From NCBI GenBank assembly GCA_903880005.1, contig CAIRNV010000291.1:22265-86264 (forward strand): a stretch of DNA of 64,000 nucleotides, written 5' to 3'. A program made the position numbers and the translations under genes. The DNA comes from an uncultured Verrucomicrobiota bacterium. GTDB lineage: Bacteria; Verrucomicrobiota; Verrucomicrobiia; Limisphaerales; UBA9464. This document shows, piece after piece, positions 31,849 to 40,786 of this stretch (its first letter is position 1; every line of letters begins with the position of its first letter). Under the pieces are notes generated by a model. The model was given only the letters and a program-made list of their open reading frames with translations, was not told the DNA's origin and searched no databases.

Positions 31849-32060
31849 AAAAACGGCAGTGGCTGTGGGGATCCGTCAGACCCTCAGGTGGAGCCAAAGG
31901 CTTGGCCCATGCTGTAGGCCGCGTGCCCTCACGCGGCGGCCAGGATGCCGCATTTCCGAGCGTCTCTGGGGCAGAGTGGTAGCGGCATCCTGCCGCTGGA
32001 CGTGATCCAGCCAGAGCCGAGACGGCTCTGCCGCGTTTCCGCCGGGTGAGGGCACCCGGC
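31849..32060. repeat. GC-hairpin mosaic element, copy A
   Basis: The ~150-nt core 31849..31999 aligns with 57436..57585 (aaacggcagtggNtgtggggatccgtcagNccctcaggtNgagccaaaggcttggNcatgctgtaggccgcgtgccctcacgcggcgg...gcggcatcctgccgctgg). It contains the stems GCCGCGT/ACGCGGC and AGGATGCCGC/GCGGCATCCT. Hairpins CAGAGCCG-AGA-CGGCTCTG and CCGGGTG-AGGG-CACCCGG follow the core. Confidence 0.7.
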
Positions 32061-32158
32061 CTACCACCCTGACCGGCCCCTTCCAAACTCACCCGCCGGG
32101 TGAGGTCGCGTCGTCCCGGCGAAGCCCGGCTCCCGACGACCTCGTCCGGGGGCGCCGC

Positions 32159-33376
32159 TCACCACACGATTGCGCGAACGACGGTGTCGGCGGGAAGGGT
32201 TGTCTGCGGGGGGACATCCACGAGGGCGTTGGCAGGGGCCAGCGTGGACAATAGGTGCGACGCCTGGGGACCCGTGGGGTGCACGGTGCCGTCGGGGTGA
32301 AGTTGGACGCGGATGAAATGTCTGCGGGGATCGGGATTGGCGAGCGGGGCGGCCAAGATGCCCGGGCGGGTGGATGGCGCGGGCCGGGGGCACCCGGCGA
32401 GTTGGCGCAGGAGCGGCAGGACCATCAGCACGGTCGTGACAAACGCCGACACGGGGTTGCCCGGGACGCCCAGGAGCAGGGTTTGGTCCCGTTGGCCGGC
32501 GAAGAAGGGTTTCCCGGGCTTCAACGCCAGCTTCCAAAGGTCGATCCGGAACCCCGCCTCGACGGCCACGGAGCGGAGATGGTCGTGGTCGCCCACGGAA
32601 GCCCCGCCCGCCGTCAGGATGACCTGGGCGCCGCGGGCGGCGGCCTCCATGGCGTCGCGGATCTTGGCCGGGTCGTCGGGCACGACCCGGGCATCCACCA
32701 CATGCGCCCCGGCGGATTCACAAAGCCAAGCCATGGGACCGAGGTTGGACTCATGGATCTGACCGGGGGCCAGGTGGGCCATGCCAGCCGGTGCCAGCTC
32801 CGAGCCCGTCCCCAGCAACGCGACGGTGGGCGAGGCATGCAACGGCACGTGGTGGACGCCAGCGGCCAACAACAGGGCCAGCCGTTGCGGGGTCAGGAGA
32901 TCCCCCACGCGCGCCGCCAGTTCCTGCGCCTTGATGTCCTCGCCCTTGAACCGGACCCCTTCCCATGGCTTGACGGGCTCAAGGACAGCCACGGTCCCAT
33001 CCTGGTCGGCATCACAATCCTCCTGCATGACCACCGCGTCGGCCCCCGGCGGCAAGGGCGCCCCGGTGAAGATGCGCGCGGCCTGACCGGGCCCGACATC
33101 CGGGGGAACGGCGGTGCCAGCCGCCGACTGGCCCACCAGCCGGAGGATGGCGGGTCGCCCGTCCCGCGCGGCCGTGTCAGCCGCGCGCACCGCGTAGCCA
33201 TCGAAGGTGGCGTTGTCGAAGGGAGGAAGGGAGCACGTCGCGGCCATGTCGCCGGCTATCCAACGAGGACGACGCGGCGCACCCGGTGCCGCCAGCAACG
33301 CCAGGGACTCGGGACGGCCTGGGTTGGCAGCGACATGGCCGAGGAGACGAGCGAGGGCTTCTTCGTAGGGGAGCAT
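32159..33376 (-). CDS. moeA: molybdopterin molybdotransferase MoeA
   Basis: ORF 32159..33460. I prefer the ATG at 33376 (MLPYEEALARLL), which follows the upstream stop at 33399. MoeA-like segments are present: FDNATFDGYAVRA, PGADAVVMQED, LLGTGSEL and PGNPVSAFVT. Confidence 0.85.
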   Translation of the reverse strand: MLPYEEALARLLGHVAANPGRPESLALLAAPGAPRRPRWIAGDMAATCSLPPFDNATFDGYAVRAADTAARDGRPAILRLVGQSAAGTAVPPDVGPGQAARIFTGAPLPPGADAVVMQEDCDADQDGTVAVLEPVKPWEGVRFKGEDIKAQELAARVGDLLTPQRLALLLAAGVHHVPLHASPTVALLGTGSELAPAGMAHLAPGQIHESNLGPMAWLCESAGAHVVDARVVPDDPAKIRDAMEAAARGAQVILTAGGASVGDHDHLRSVAVEAGFRIDLWKLALKPGKPFFAGQRDQTLLLGVPGNPVSAFVTTVLMVLPLLRQLAGCPRPAPSTRPGILAAPLANPDPRRHFIRVQLHPDGTVHPTGPQASHLLSTLAPANALVDVPPQTTLPADTVVRAIVW

Positions 33377-33398
33377 GGGGCGGCGAGGGATTGGGGGT

Positions 33399-34310
33399 TC
33401 AGGGATGGGCCTCGGGATCCAGCGCGTCGCGGAGGCCGTCGCCGAGGGATTGAAGCGCAAGGAGGGTCAAGCCCAGGAATCCGCCCGGAAAGGCGATGAG
33501 CCACCAGCGGACCTGGATGGGATTGAGCTGGCGGGCACCGTCCTCGATCAACGTGCCCAGGGAGGCATCCGGGGGACGAATGCCCATGCCCAGGAAGCTG
33601 AGGAAGGACTCGTACAGGATGACGGCCGGGACCGTGAGGGTGGCATAGGCCATGACGACGCCGAGCACGTTGGGAAGGAGATGGCGCCGGAGGATGAAGG
33701 CCGGGGACGCCCCGAATTGCCGGCTGGCCAGGATGAAGGGACGGGAACGAAGCGAAAGGACCTGGCCACGGACGATGCGGGCCATGTTGAGCCATGAGAT
33801 GGCCCCGAGGCAGGCGAACAGGAGCAGCATGCGAGCGGCGTCGGCGATCGATGGGAACGCGGGCCGGAGCAGGCTGGTGATGGCGGACTCGGCGGTGCCC
33901 AGGACGAGCATGACGAAGATGACATTGGGAAGGGCGTACAGGAGATCGACGGCGCGCATCATCACGGCATCGATGCGGCCCCCGCCATAGGCGGCCGCCA
34001 TGCCATACGCGGTGCCCACAACGACGCTGATGGCCGCTCCCACCAACCCCGCCATGAGGGAGACACGGGCACCGACGAGGCATCGGGCCAGCAGGTCGCG
34101 CCCATGGATGTCGGTGCCGAAGGGATGACGCGCCGAGGGAGGCTCGAAGACGGCGTCGGAATGAGCGTTGGGGTTGGCAGAAAGAAGGGAGGGCCCGGCG
34201 AGAAGGACGAGGGCGATGAGGACCATGAAGGCCGCGCCCACGACAGCCGGGAGGTTGGAGGTGAACCTCCGCCAGGCGAGGGCGGTTGTGGTGGGGTGCG
34301 TTTCAGGCAT
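33399..34310 (-). CDS. ABC transporter permease (peptide/nickel Opp/Dpp C-type)
   Basis: 303-aa ORF with HPFGTDIHGRDLLAR and multiple TM segments typical of OppC/DppC. It overlaps the upstream permease gene by 8 nt. Confidence 0.8.
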   Translation of the reverse strand: MPETHPTTTALAWRRFTSNLPAVVGAAFMVLIALVLLAGPSLLSANPNAHSDAVFEPPSARHPFGTDIHGRDLLARCLVGARVSLMAGLVGAAISVVVGTAYGMAAAYGGGRIDAVMMRAVDLLYALPNVIFVMLVLGTAESAITSLLRPAFPSIADAARMLLLFACLGAISWLNMARIVRGQVLSLRSRPFILASRQFGASPAFILRRHLLPNVLGVVMAYATLTVPAVILYESFLSFLGMGIRPPDASLGTLIEDGARQLNPIQVRWWLIAFPGGFLGLTLLALQSLGDGLRDALDPEAHP

Positions 34311-35226
34311 GGCGGATCCTGGGGTCGAGCCAGCGATAGGCCATGTCGGTGGCGAGGTTCAGGACCAGGAGGAGCAGCGAATAGACGATGACGAGCCCGA
34401 CCATGAGCGGGTAGTCGCGGCTGAAGAAGCTGTTGATGAAGAACGCGCCCGTGCCCGGGACCTGGAAGATGCGTTCGACCACGAACGAGCCGGTGAGCAG
34501 GTCAGCGAGCATCGGGCCGGCGTAGGACACCACCGGCAACAGCGCCGGTCGAAGGGCGTGCCGGAGGAGGATGGCCGACGGGGCGACTCCCTTGGCTCGG
34601 GCCGCCATGATGAACGGCGAACGGAGCACCTCGGAAAGACCCTCTCGGAAAAGGCGCGCAACGCGCGCGCCGAAGTAGAGGCCGAGGACAAGCACGGGAA
34701 GGATCGCATGGGTCGGGGATGACCATCCGGCGACGGGCAGCCACTCCAGCTTGAGGGCGAAGAGAAGCACAGCCAACGGCGCGAGGACGAAGGTGGGAAT
34801 GCAGACGCCCACCATTGTCAACAGGGCCCCAAGCCAGTCGGGCCAACGCCCGCGCCAGACCGCCCCGGCCATCCCAACGGGGAGGCCGATGGCGAGCGCC
34901 GCGGCGAAGGCGAGGCCGCCCAAGGTCATGGAGACGGGAAGCGCCTGGGCCAGGATGTCGTTGACGCCGTGGTGACGGTACTTGAGGGACGGGCCAAGGT
35001 CGGCATGGGCAAGGCCGGCCAGGAAACGGACGTATTGGCGCCACAGGGGCTCGTCGAGGTGATAACGGGCCTTGAGGGCGGCCTCGACCTCCTTCGACGC
35101 GGGGGCACGTTCACGGTCAAAGGGCCCGCCGGGTGCGGCGCGCATGAGGAAGAAGGCAAGGGAGGCGACCGCCCAGGCCAGGAGCGGGATGGCAAGGAGT
35201 CGGCGAAGGATGGATCGGGCGTCCAT
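34303..35226 (-). CDS. ABC transporter permease (Opp/Dpp B-type)
   Basis: 307-aa ORF beginning ILRRLLAIPLLAWAVASLAFFLMRAAPGGPF. Contains the EAA-loop-like region FIMAARAKGV. Confidence 0.8.
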   Translation of the reverse strand: MDARSILRRLLAIPLLAWAVASLAFFLMRAAPGGPFDRERAPASKEVEAALKARYHLDEPLWRQYVRFLAGLAHADLGPSLKYRHHGVNDILAQALPVSMTLGGLAFAAALAIGLPVGMAGAVWRGRWPDWLGALLTMVGVCIPTFVLAPLAVLLFALKLEWLPVAGWSSPTHAILPVLVLGLYFGARVARLFREGLSEVLRSPFIMAARAKGVAPSAILLRHALRPALLPVVSYAGPMLADLLTGSFVVERIFQVPGTGAFFINSFFSRDYPLMVGLVIVYSLLLLVLNLATDMAYRWLDPRIRHA

Positions 35227-35229
35227 GGA

Positions 35230-36894
35230 TCAAGGGCGACGCGTGCGATGGATGGCCCAGAAGGGGTGTTCGTCGAGGAGGTTGGGATGGACGCCGGCGA
35301 GGCGCTGGGTGTCGAGGGCGTAGAAGCCAACGTAGGAGTAGAGGGGCACGATCGGCGCGGCGTCCCGCAGGAGATGTGCCTCGGCCTGGGCCAGGAGCTG
35401 GAACCTCCGGGCCCGGTCCAGGGTGGCGTTGGCCTCATGGATCAGCGCGTCGTACGAGGGGTCGCGCCATCCGGTGCGGTTGTTGCCGCCGTCCGCGAGG
35501 AACAGGTCGAGGAAGGTGTTGGGGTCGTTGTAGTCGCCAATCCAGGAGCTGCGCATCAGGTCGTAGTCCAGCCGCGACATGTTGTTGAGGTACGTCTTCC
35601 ACTCCAGCGGCCGCAGTTCCATGCGGAGCCCGAGGACGTCATGAAGGGCCGACTGGATCTCGACGGCGATGTGCTCGTGGAGGCGCGACTCGGCATTGTA
35701 CGAGTACTCGAAGGTTCGGAGCCCGTTGCCGCCCGGGTAGCCGGCCTCGGCCAACAGGCGGCGGGCGGCCTCGGGGTCGCGCCCAAGGCCCATGGGAGGC
35801 TGGTAGCCGCCCGTTCCCTGGGGCACGAGATGGGAGGCGGGCGGCTCGCCCATGCGGGTGATCCGCTGGACGATGCGCGTGCGGTCGATGGCCATGGCGA
35901 TGGCCTTGCGGACGCGCGGGTCGTCGAATGGCTTCCGGGTCGTGTTGAAGCGGATGAAGTAGGCGCCCAGGTAGGTATAGGAATGGAAGTCAGGCCGACG
36001 TTGGAGGGCCTCGGCGAGCTCGGACGGGAACATGTCCTTGTCGAGGATGAAGTCCACGTCGCCGACCAGGTACTGGTTGAGGGCGGTATGGGCGGAGTCG
36101 CCCGCCAGCACGTCGATGGTGCCGGCACGCACATTGGACGCGTCCCAATAATGCGGGTTGCGTCGCAGGCGTATGCGGTCGTTGACGCGCCACGAGGCCA
36201 GCGTGTACGGGCCAGAGCAAGGAAGGCCGGGTTGTAGGATCCAACGGTCGCCGCCGCGCTCGACGGCCTCCCGCGGGATCACGGCGAACACACGCGTCGC
36301 GAGCAACTCGAGGAAGAAGGGCGTGGGGTGGCGCAGTCGAACGACGACGGAGCTTCGGGACACCGCATCGACGCCCAGCTTGGAAAGGTCCCGCTCCTTG
36401 CCGGTGGAAATCGCCTCGCCGTTCTCCACGTAGAAGTACTGGCTGGCGTAGTCCGCGCCGGTGAGCGGATCGACGGCTCGTCGAAACGACCAAACGACGT
36501 CCTCGGCGAGGATGGGACGTCCGTCCGACCATGCCGCGTTGGTGCGGATCTGGAAGGTGTAGCGGAGGCCGTCCGGGGAAAGGCTCCAGGACGCCGCCAG
36601 GCCGGGGATGGCGTTGCCGGTCACCGGGTCATAACGGGTCAGGCCCTCGAAGAGGGCCGAGGCAACGCGACCGTCCGCCTGGCCCGTGAGCAGGTGGGGA
36701 TCGAGCGTCTCGGGCTCGCGGCCGTTGTGAAGGATCAGGTCCGCGCGGGAATCAGGTCGGCAGGAGGGCAGGAGCGCGGCCAACGCCAGGAGGAGGACGG
36801 AGGACAACGGGCGCAATGAGGCGAACGAGGCCCAAAAGCGAGACGCCCCGGCCTGGGAGGCCGGGGCGTCTGGGATGCGCGGGAGAGGCTGCAT
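35230..36894 (-). CDS. ABC transporter substrate-binding protein, family 5 (peptide-binding), lipoprotein
   Basis: 554-aa ORF with signal/lipobox LLLALAALLPSC. Family 5 SBP features are present: GLTRYDPVTGNAIPGLA and YNDPNTFLDLF. Confidence 0.8.
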   Translation of the reverse strand: MQPLPRIPDAPASQAGASRFWASFASLRPLSSVLLLALAALLPSCRPDSRADLILHNGREPETLDPHLLTGQADGRVASALFEGLTRYDPVTGNAIPGLAASWSLSPDGLRYTFQIRTNAAWSDGRPILAEDVVWSFRRAVDPLTGADYASQYFYVENGEAISTGKERDLSKLGVDAVSRSSVVVRLRHPTPFFLELLATRVFAVIPREAVERGGDRWILQPGLPCSGPYTLASWRVNDRIRLRRNPHYWDASNVRAGTIDVLAGDSAHTALNQYLVGDVDFILDKDMFPSELAEALQRRPDFHSYTYLGAYFIRFNTTRKPFDDPRVRKAIAMAIDRTRIVQRITRMGEPPASHLVPQGTGGYQPPMGLGRDPEAARRLLAEAGYPGGNGLRTFEYSYNAESRLHEHIAVEIQSALHDVLGLRMELRPLEWKTYLNNMSRLDYDLMRSSWIGDYNDPNTFLDLFLADGGNNRTGWRDPSYDALIHEANATLDRARRFQLLAQAEAHLLRDAAPIVPLYSYVGFYALDTQRLAGVHPNLLDEHPFWAIHRTRRP

Positions 36895-36916
36895 GGGCCT
36901 CCAGGCGAGGGGTTCC

Positions 36917-37291
36917 TCAGGGCTTGGGTGCAGCGGGAGCCGGCGCCGGGGAGGGAGCGGGCGTGGCCGGTGCCGGGGTGCCCGGGGTCACGGGGGCGGC
37001 GGCGGCGGGCTTGTCCAGCAAGTCCTTGATCTTGCTGGTCCGGCTCCGGGATTGCTGCGCCGTCATCACGGCGATGATGAAGCACAGGGCGAGGAAGAGG
37101 GTGGCGGACCACCGGGTGATGGTGGTGAGGGCCGTGCCGGAGCCGGCGCCGAAGATGGCGGCGGTGGACTCGGCCCCGAAGGCGGCCGTGATGCCGGCCT
37201 CCTTCTTGGGGAGCTGCAGGAGGATGAGCAACCCCAGGAACAGGGAGATCACCACGAGGATGAGCGAGAGCAGGTTGATGACGAGTTGCAT
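36917..37291 (-). CDS. secG: preprotein translocase subunit SecG with a Pro/Ala-rich tail
   Basis: The internal ATG at 37291 gives MQLVINLLSLILVVISLFLGLLILLQLPKKEAGITAAFG...LTTITRWSATLFLALCFIIAV, a two-TM SecG pattern. Confidence 0.75.
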   Translation of the reverse strand: MQLVINLLSLILVVISLFLGLLILLQLPKKEAGITAAFGAESTAAIFGAGSGTALTTITRWSATLFLALCFIIAVMTAQQSRSRTSKIKDLLDKPAAAAPVTPGTPAPATPAPSPAPAPAAPKP

Positions 37292-37305
37292 GGCTGAAGC
37301 GTTGG

Positions 37306-38070
37306 CTAGATCGAGTTGCGAATGATTTCCACGAAGCTCTTCGCCTCCAGGGACGCCCCGCCCACCAGGGCGCCATCGACGTCGGGTTGGCCCATGAGCT
37401 CGCAGGCGTTGGAAGGCTTGACGGAGCCGCCGTATTGGATGCGCACGCGGCGGGCAACGGCCTCCCCGTGCATCTGGACGATCACCCCCCGGATGAACGC
37501 GTGAACCTCCTGGGCTTGGGCGGACGTGGCCGTCTTCCCCGTGCCAATGGCCCACACGGGCTCGTAGGCGATGACCGTGGCCTCGACCTGGTCGGCGGAA
37601 AGGCCGGCGAGCGAGCCGCGGGTTTGGCGACCCACGACCTCCTGGGTGATGCCGGCCTCGCGCTCGGCGAGCGTCTCGCCCACGCAGACGATGGGAATGA
37701 GGCTGGCGGCATGGGCGGCAAGGGCCTTGCGGGCGACCAGGGCATCCGATTCCTGCTGGAATTGGCGGCGCTCGCTGTGCCCCAGGATGACGTACCGGGT
37801 GGTCAGGTCACGCAGCATGCCCGCGCACACCTCGCCTGTGAAGGCGCCATACCCGTTGTCGCCCATGTTTTGCGCACCCAGGCGGATGACGGAGTCCGAC
37901 AGCGCCTTGGACACGGCGTCCAGCGCCGTGAAGGCCGGGCACACCACGACATCCACCTCCTTGATGGAACCGAGGTCGCGCTTGAGGTCGGCGACGAGTG
38001 CCAGGGACTCAGCAACGGTTTTGTTGCACTTCCAGTTCCCGGCGATGATCAGCTTGCGGTCTTTTTCCAT
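37306..38070 (-). CDS. tpiA: triose-phosphate isomerase
   Basis: The internal ATG at 38070 gives MEKDRKLIIAGNWKCNKT. Motifs ILGHSERR and VIAYEPVWAIGTGKTA are present. Confidence 0.9.
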   Translation of the reverse strand: MEKDRKLIIAGNWKCNKTVAESLALVADLKRDLGSIKEVDVVVCPAFTALDAVSKALSDSVIRLGAQNMGDNGYGAFTGEVCAGMLRDLTTRYVILGHSERRQFQQESDALVARKALAAHAASLIPIVCVGETLAEREAGITQEVVGRQTRGSLAGLSADQVEATVIAYEPVWAIGTGKTATSAQAQEVHAFIRGVIVQMHGEAVARRVRIQYGGSVKPSNACELMGQPDVDGALVGGASLEAKSFVEIIRNSI

Positions 38071-38164
38071 GCCAAAATGAGGGGGGATGCTATCGGCGGG
38101 CGCGGAGGGTTCCAAGCATTGGTTTTGGGACGAAAAAGAGTTTGCGTGGCATGGCGTGGTGAGG

Positions 38165-38380
38165 TTGAACACAGGGGTTCCTTGAAGGGGCCGCGACGTT
38201 GAGGCGTGGCCCATGCCAGACTTGGATGGAGTTGCGGGAACCCCGTGAGACCCGGGGACGGTTCCGCCACGGTATCGGGTTACAAACCCCCATGTCGCAA
38301 GACGGCCACTGCTGCGGTTCGCCGCAGTGGGAAGGCGGGGGCGAGGATGAGACCCGGAGTCCGGATATCGCGCCAACCAA
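38165..38380 (+). promoter_or_regulatory. cobalamin (B12) riboswitch aptamer
   Basis: The core elements appear in order. GGGGTTCC...GCGGGAACCCC-GTGAGA-CCCGGGGACGGTTCCGCCACGGTA can be compared with the E. coli btuB leader GGGAAUCCAGUGCGAAUCUGGAGCUGACGCGCAGCGGUA. Next comes GCCACTG-(hairpin CTGCGG/CCGCAG)-TGGGAAGGC. Last is a B12-box-like CCCGGAGTCCGG, matching the YCMGGAGACCKG consensus at 11 of 12 positions. Confidence 0.75.
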
Positions 38381-38489
38381 GCTCGTCGGGGCCGCCCAAG
38401 GCGGCCCGCTTCGCCGGCAAAGCGAAGGATGAGGCCAGGCCGTTCCTCGTGTGGGGGACGGCTCGTGAGACGTTTGCTGCCTCCGTTCT

Positions 38490-38514
38490 CCCCTGCCGGG
38501 ACGGGGGCTTTTTT
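38490..38514 (+). terminator. intrinsic terminator in the leader downstream of the riboswitch
   Basis: The stem CCCCTG/CGGGGG (one G-U pair) has loop CCGGGA and is followed by C plus T6 (38509..38514). It lies ~100 nt upstream of the first CDS. Coordinates were checked against track ORF 38429..38635. Confidence 0.6.
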
Positions 38515-38610
38515 GTGCCCGCTTGCGCCATGTGGTGCCAACGGGGCGCGCATCCCCCGGCCCGGACTGGTCTCCGTGCACGCATCGCGTGATGCATCTG
38601 GCCGTCACGC

Positions 38611-39516
38611 ATGGGAACGGGAAGACCCTTCATGACAGAAATTGGAACGAGGCCCGCCACGCGCGTCCTGCGCGGGGCGGCCTTGGCGGCGATCACCTAT
38701 GCCTGCACGTCAGGCATGGCCACACGCGCATGGGCGCAGCATGCGTCGGCCGTGCTCCGGTACGAACCGGGCGCGGGTTATGCGACGGAGTTCGGGACCG
38801 GCGCGGGCTACACCAATGCGGCGGCGGCGCTCGGGGAGCCGAGCCGGTTCACCCCCGGGCCCTTCGGCGGCCCCGTGGATCCCTTCAGCCCGCCGTGGCA
38901 ACCCGACCAAGTCGTTTCCCTCAGCACGGGCAGCATCCTCGAGTTGCAGCTCAATGCCCCCATCCGACGCGACCCGGCCCATCCCTTCGGCATCGACTTC
39001 CTGGTCTTCGGCGGCTCCGGGTTTGTCATCGTCAATGGCGACTACTCCGGCGGTGGCATCACGGACGGGTCGTTGTTCGGGCAAGACGGGGCCGTCCTGC
39101 GCCTGTCCGTGGCGGACGCGGACGGTCCTTGGCTCACGCTCGACCCGGCCATGGCGCCCGCGTTGGAAGGATTGTTTCCCACGGATGGCGCGGGCGACTT
39201 CACCCGCGCCGTGAACCCGGCCCTGAAATCCTCGGACTTCCTGGGCCTTGGCTTGGACGGCATCCGCATGGCCTACGACGGCAGCGGGGGCGGCACCGGC
39301 TACTCGCTGGCGTGGGCGCGCGACGCGTCGGGTCAACCCGCCCTCGTGGATTCGGCCACGCGGATCCGTTTCGAGGTGCTGTCCGGCCGGGTCGAGGTGG
39401 ATGCGGTGGCGGCCGTGCAGGTGGTGCCCGAGCCCGGGCCGACGGCGCTCGGCCTCGGGGCCCTGGCCCTGTTCGCAGCCTGGGGCGGCACCCGTGGCCG
39501 CAAGGAGGCTCGTTGA
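38611..39516 (+). CDS. PEP-CTERM sorting-domain protein (first gene of the riboswitch-led operon)
   Basis: 301-aa ORF; an alternative ATG lies at 38632 (MTEIGTRPATRVLRGAALAAITYA...AWAQ, a signal peptide). The C-terminus VVPEPGPTALGLGALALFAAWGGTRGRKEAR shows the PEP motif, a TM helix and a basic tail. Confidence 0.85.
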   Translation: MGTGRPFMTEIGTRPATRVLRGAALAAITYACTSGMATRAWAQHASAVLRYEPGAGYATEFGTGAGYTNAAAALGEPSRFTPGPFGGPVDPFSPPWQPDQVVSLSTGSILELQLNAPIRRDPAHPFGIDFLVFGGSGFVIVNGDYSGGGITDGSLFGQDGAVLRLSVADADGPWLTLDPAMAPALEGLFPTDGAGDFTRAVNPALKSSDFLGLGLDGIRMAYDGSGGGTGYSLAWARDASGQPALVDSATRIRFEVLSGRVEVDAVAAVQVVPEPGPTALGLGALALFAAWGGTRGRKEAR

Positions 39517-39755
39517 ATCCCTGGGCCGACATCGAGGACTCGCCGGGGACCGTGCCCTCGGAGGCCACGTGCGAGCACGACTTCTACCTGCTCGACGACG
39601 GCCGCATGGTCTTCACGGAGCGGTACCACCTGCGCCGGGGTTACTGCTGCGGAAGCGGTTGCCGGCATTGCCCCTTCGACGCCGAGGGCCGGCCGCTCGC
39701 GCGTTCACACGGGACGATTCCGTCGGGGCGTCCGCCCGCCGGAGGGGCGGCATGA
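39513..39755 (+). CDS. Cys-rich miniprotein (~80 aa; C-x27-CC-x2-C-x2-C, resembles DUF5522-type proteins)
   Basis: This is the C-terminal part of a long spurious-frame track ORF (38523..39755). I propose a TTG start at 39513, preceded by AAGGAGG (39502..39508) and overlapping the upstream TGA as TTGA. The product is (M)NPWADIEDSPGTVPSEATCEHDFYLLDDGRMVFTERYHLRRGYCCGSGCRHCPFDAEG. Confidence 0.5.
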   Translation: MNPWADIEDSPGTVPSEATCEHDFYLLDDGRMVFTERYHLRRGYCCGSGCRHCPFDAEGRPLARSHGTIPSGRPPAGGAA

Positions 39756-40786
39756 TGGGTGGGAGAGCCATCCCGTCCGCAACGCGTGGGCATCGCCCGG
39801 CGCGGTCGTGGGCGCCGCACGTCGTGGCGGTGCTCGCGGGGGTCGCCTGCGCCACCGCGACGGCCGAGGGCTTCGTGGAGGAGTTCGACACGGATCCCGG
39901 GGCCCGAGGTTGGAGGACCTTGGGCGACGGGGCGGCGTTCCGTTGGAACGTAGGCGGCTGGCTGGACGTGGATTGGGATTCAACGCGGCCGAATGGCTTT
40001 TTTGCCCGCGAGCTGCCAGGGCCTGTCACGGAGCGGGACGACTTCGCGTTTGGGTTCGACCTGGTGCTCGACGCGCATGCAGTGGGCGTGGCGCCGGGCA
40101 AGCCGGGGACGTTCCAGATGGCCATCGGCTTGGTGCGGCAGGCGGACGTCCTGGACGCGGGGTTCCGACGGGCCGTCTTCCTCGCGTCGCGCAACCTGGT
40201 CGAGTGGGCGTGGTTCGGGACGGAGCCCTCCGGGATGATCGCGGCGTCCATCTCGCCCGTTGTGGTGCCCTCGGACGGGCGGTTGCCGTGGGGATACGCG
40301 GACAGCTTCGTGGAGCCGGAGACCGGGCTGCGGTACGGGTTCGACCTGACGTACCGGGCGTCGGACCGCACGTTGCGCGTGACGATGAGCCGGGGCGACG
40401 CGCCCGTGGTCACGCTGCGACCCGTCGTCTTGGCGGAGGGATTCCTGGGTTTCGAGGTGGATGCGCTGTCGGTGAATGCGTACAGCGACGCAGGCCAGGA
40501 TCCGCGCTATGCCGGCTCCTTGAGGGCCTCGGCCAAGGTGGACCGCATGCGATGGAGCGGGCCCGGGCCCGTGGTTGGGGGGCTGAGCCTGGAGGCGACG
40601 GCGGCGGGTGCCCGGGTGCGGTTCGGGACGCGAAAAGGATGGCGCTACCTGCTGCAAGCGAGCGAGGACCTGCGGACGTGGGCCGTGGCCTCGGATCCGC
40701 AGACGGGGGACGGCGGGCCGATGACGATGGAGGACACGGCGGCGTTCGGCGGGCGTTTCTATCGCGTGGAGGCGCGTCGGCCATGA
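39752..40786 (+). CDS. secreted hypothetical protein (344 aa) with a C-terminal FYRV-ending module
   Basis: ATG at 39752 overlaps the upstream stop as ATGA and has GGAGG 6 nt upstream. The signal peptide is MMGGRAIPSATRGHRPARSWAPHVVAVLAGVACATATAEG. The protein ends WRYLLQASEDLRTWAVASDP...GGRFYRVEARRP. Confidence 0.7.
   Translation: MMGGRAIPSATRGHRPARSWAPHVVAVLAGVACATATAEGFVEEFDTDPGARGWRTLGDGAAFRWNVGGWLDVDWDSTRPNGFFARELPGPVTERDDFAFGFDLVLDAHAVGVAPGKPGTFQMAIGLVRQADVLDAGFRRAVFLASRNLVEWAWFGTEPSGMIAASISPVVVPSDGRLPWGYADSFVEPETGLRYGFDLTYRASDRTLRVTMSRGDAPVVTLRPVVLAEGFLGFEVDALSVNAYSDAGQDPRYAGSLRASAKVDRMRWSGPGPVVGGLSLEATAAGARVRFGTRKGWRYLLQASEDLRTWAVASDPQTGDGGPMTMEDTAAFGGRFYRVEARRP

Noticed and set aside
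33399-36894. A peptide ABC importer with a binding protein and two permeases but no adjacent ATPase genes.
   Set aside because: Opp/Dpp ATPase genes are often encoded elsewhere or shared between systems. Their absence cannot be assessed from a 64-kb window, so this is not considered noteworthy.
38142-38170. Candidate sigma-70 promoter for the riboswitch transcript (TTGCGT-N17-TTGAAC).
   Set aside because: The -10 hexamer is a poor match, and promoter consensus for this phylum is uncertain. It is left uncalled pending transcription-start data.
38100-38520. The large structured intergenic region, considered as tmRNA, RNase P RNA, SRP RNA or 6S RNA.
   Set aside because: It lacks the tRNA-like ends and tag ORF of tmRNA. 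It also lacks the RNase P GGAAAGTCCGG-type core and the SRP GGAAGCAGCC-type domain IV motif. The ordered cobalamin-riboswitch core elements fit much better.
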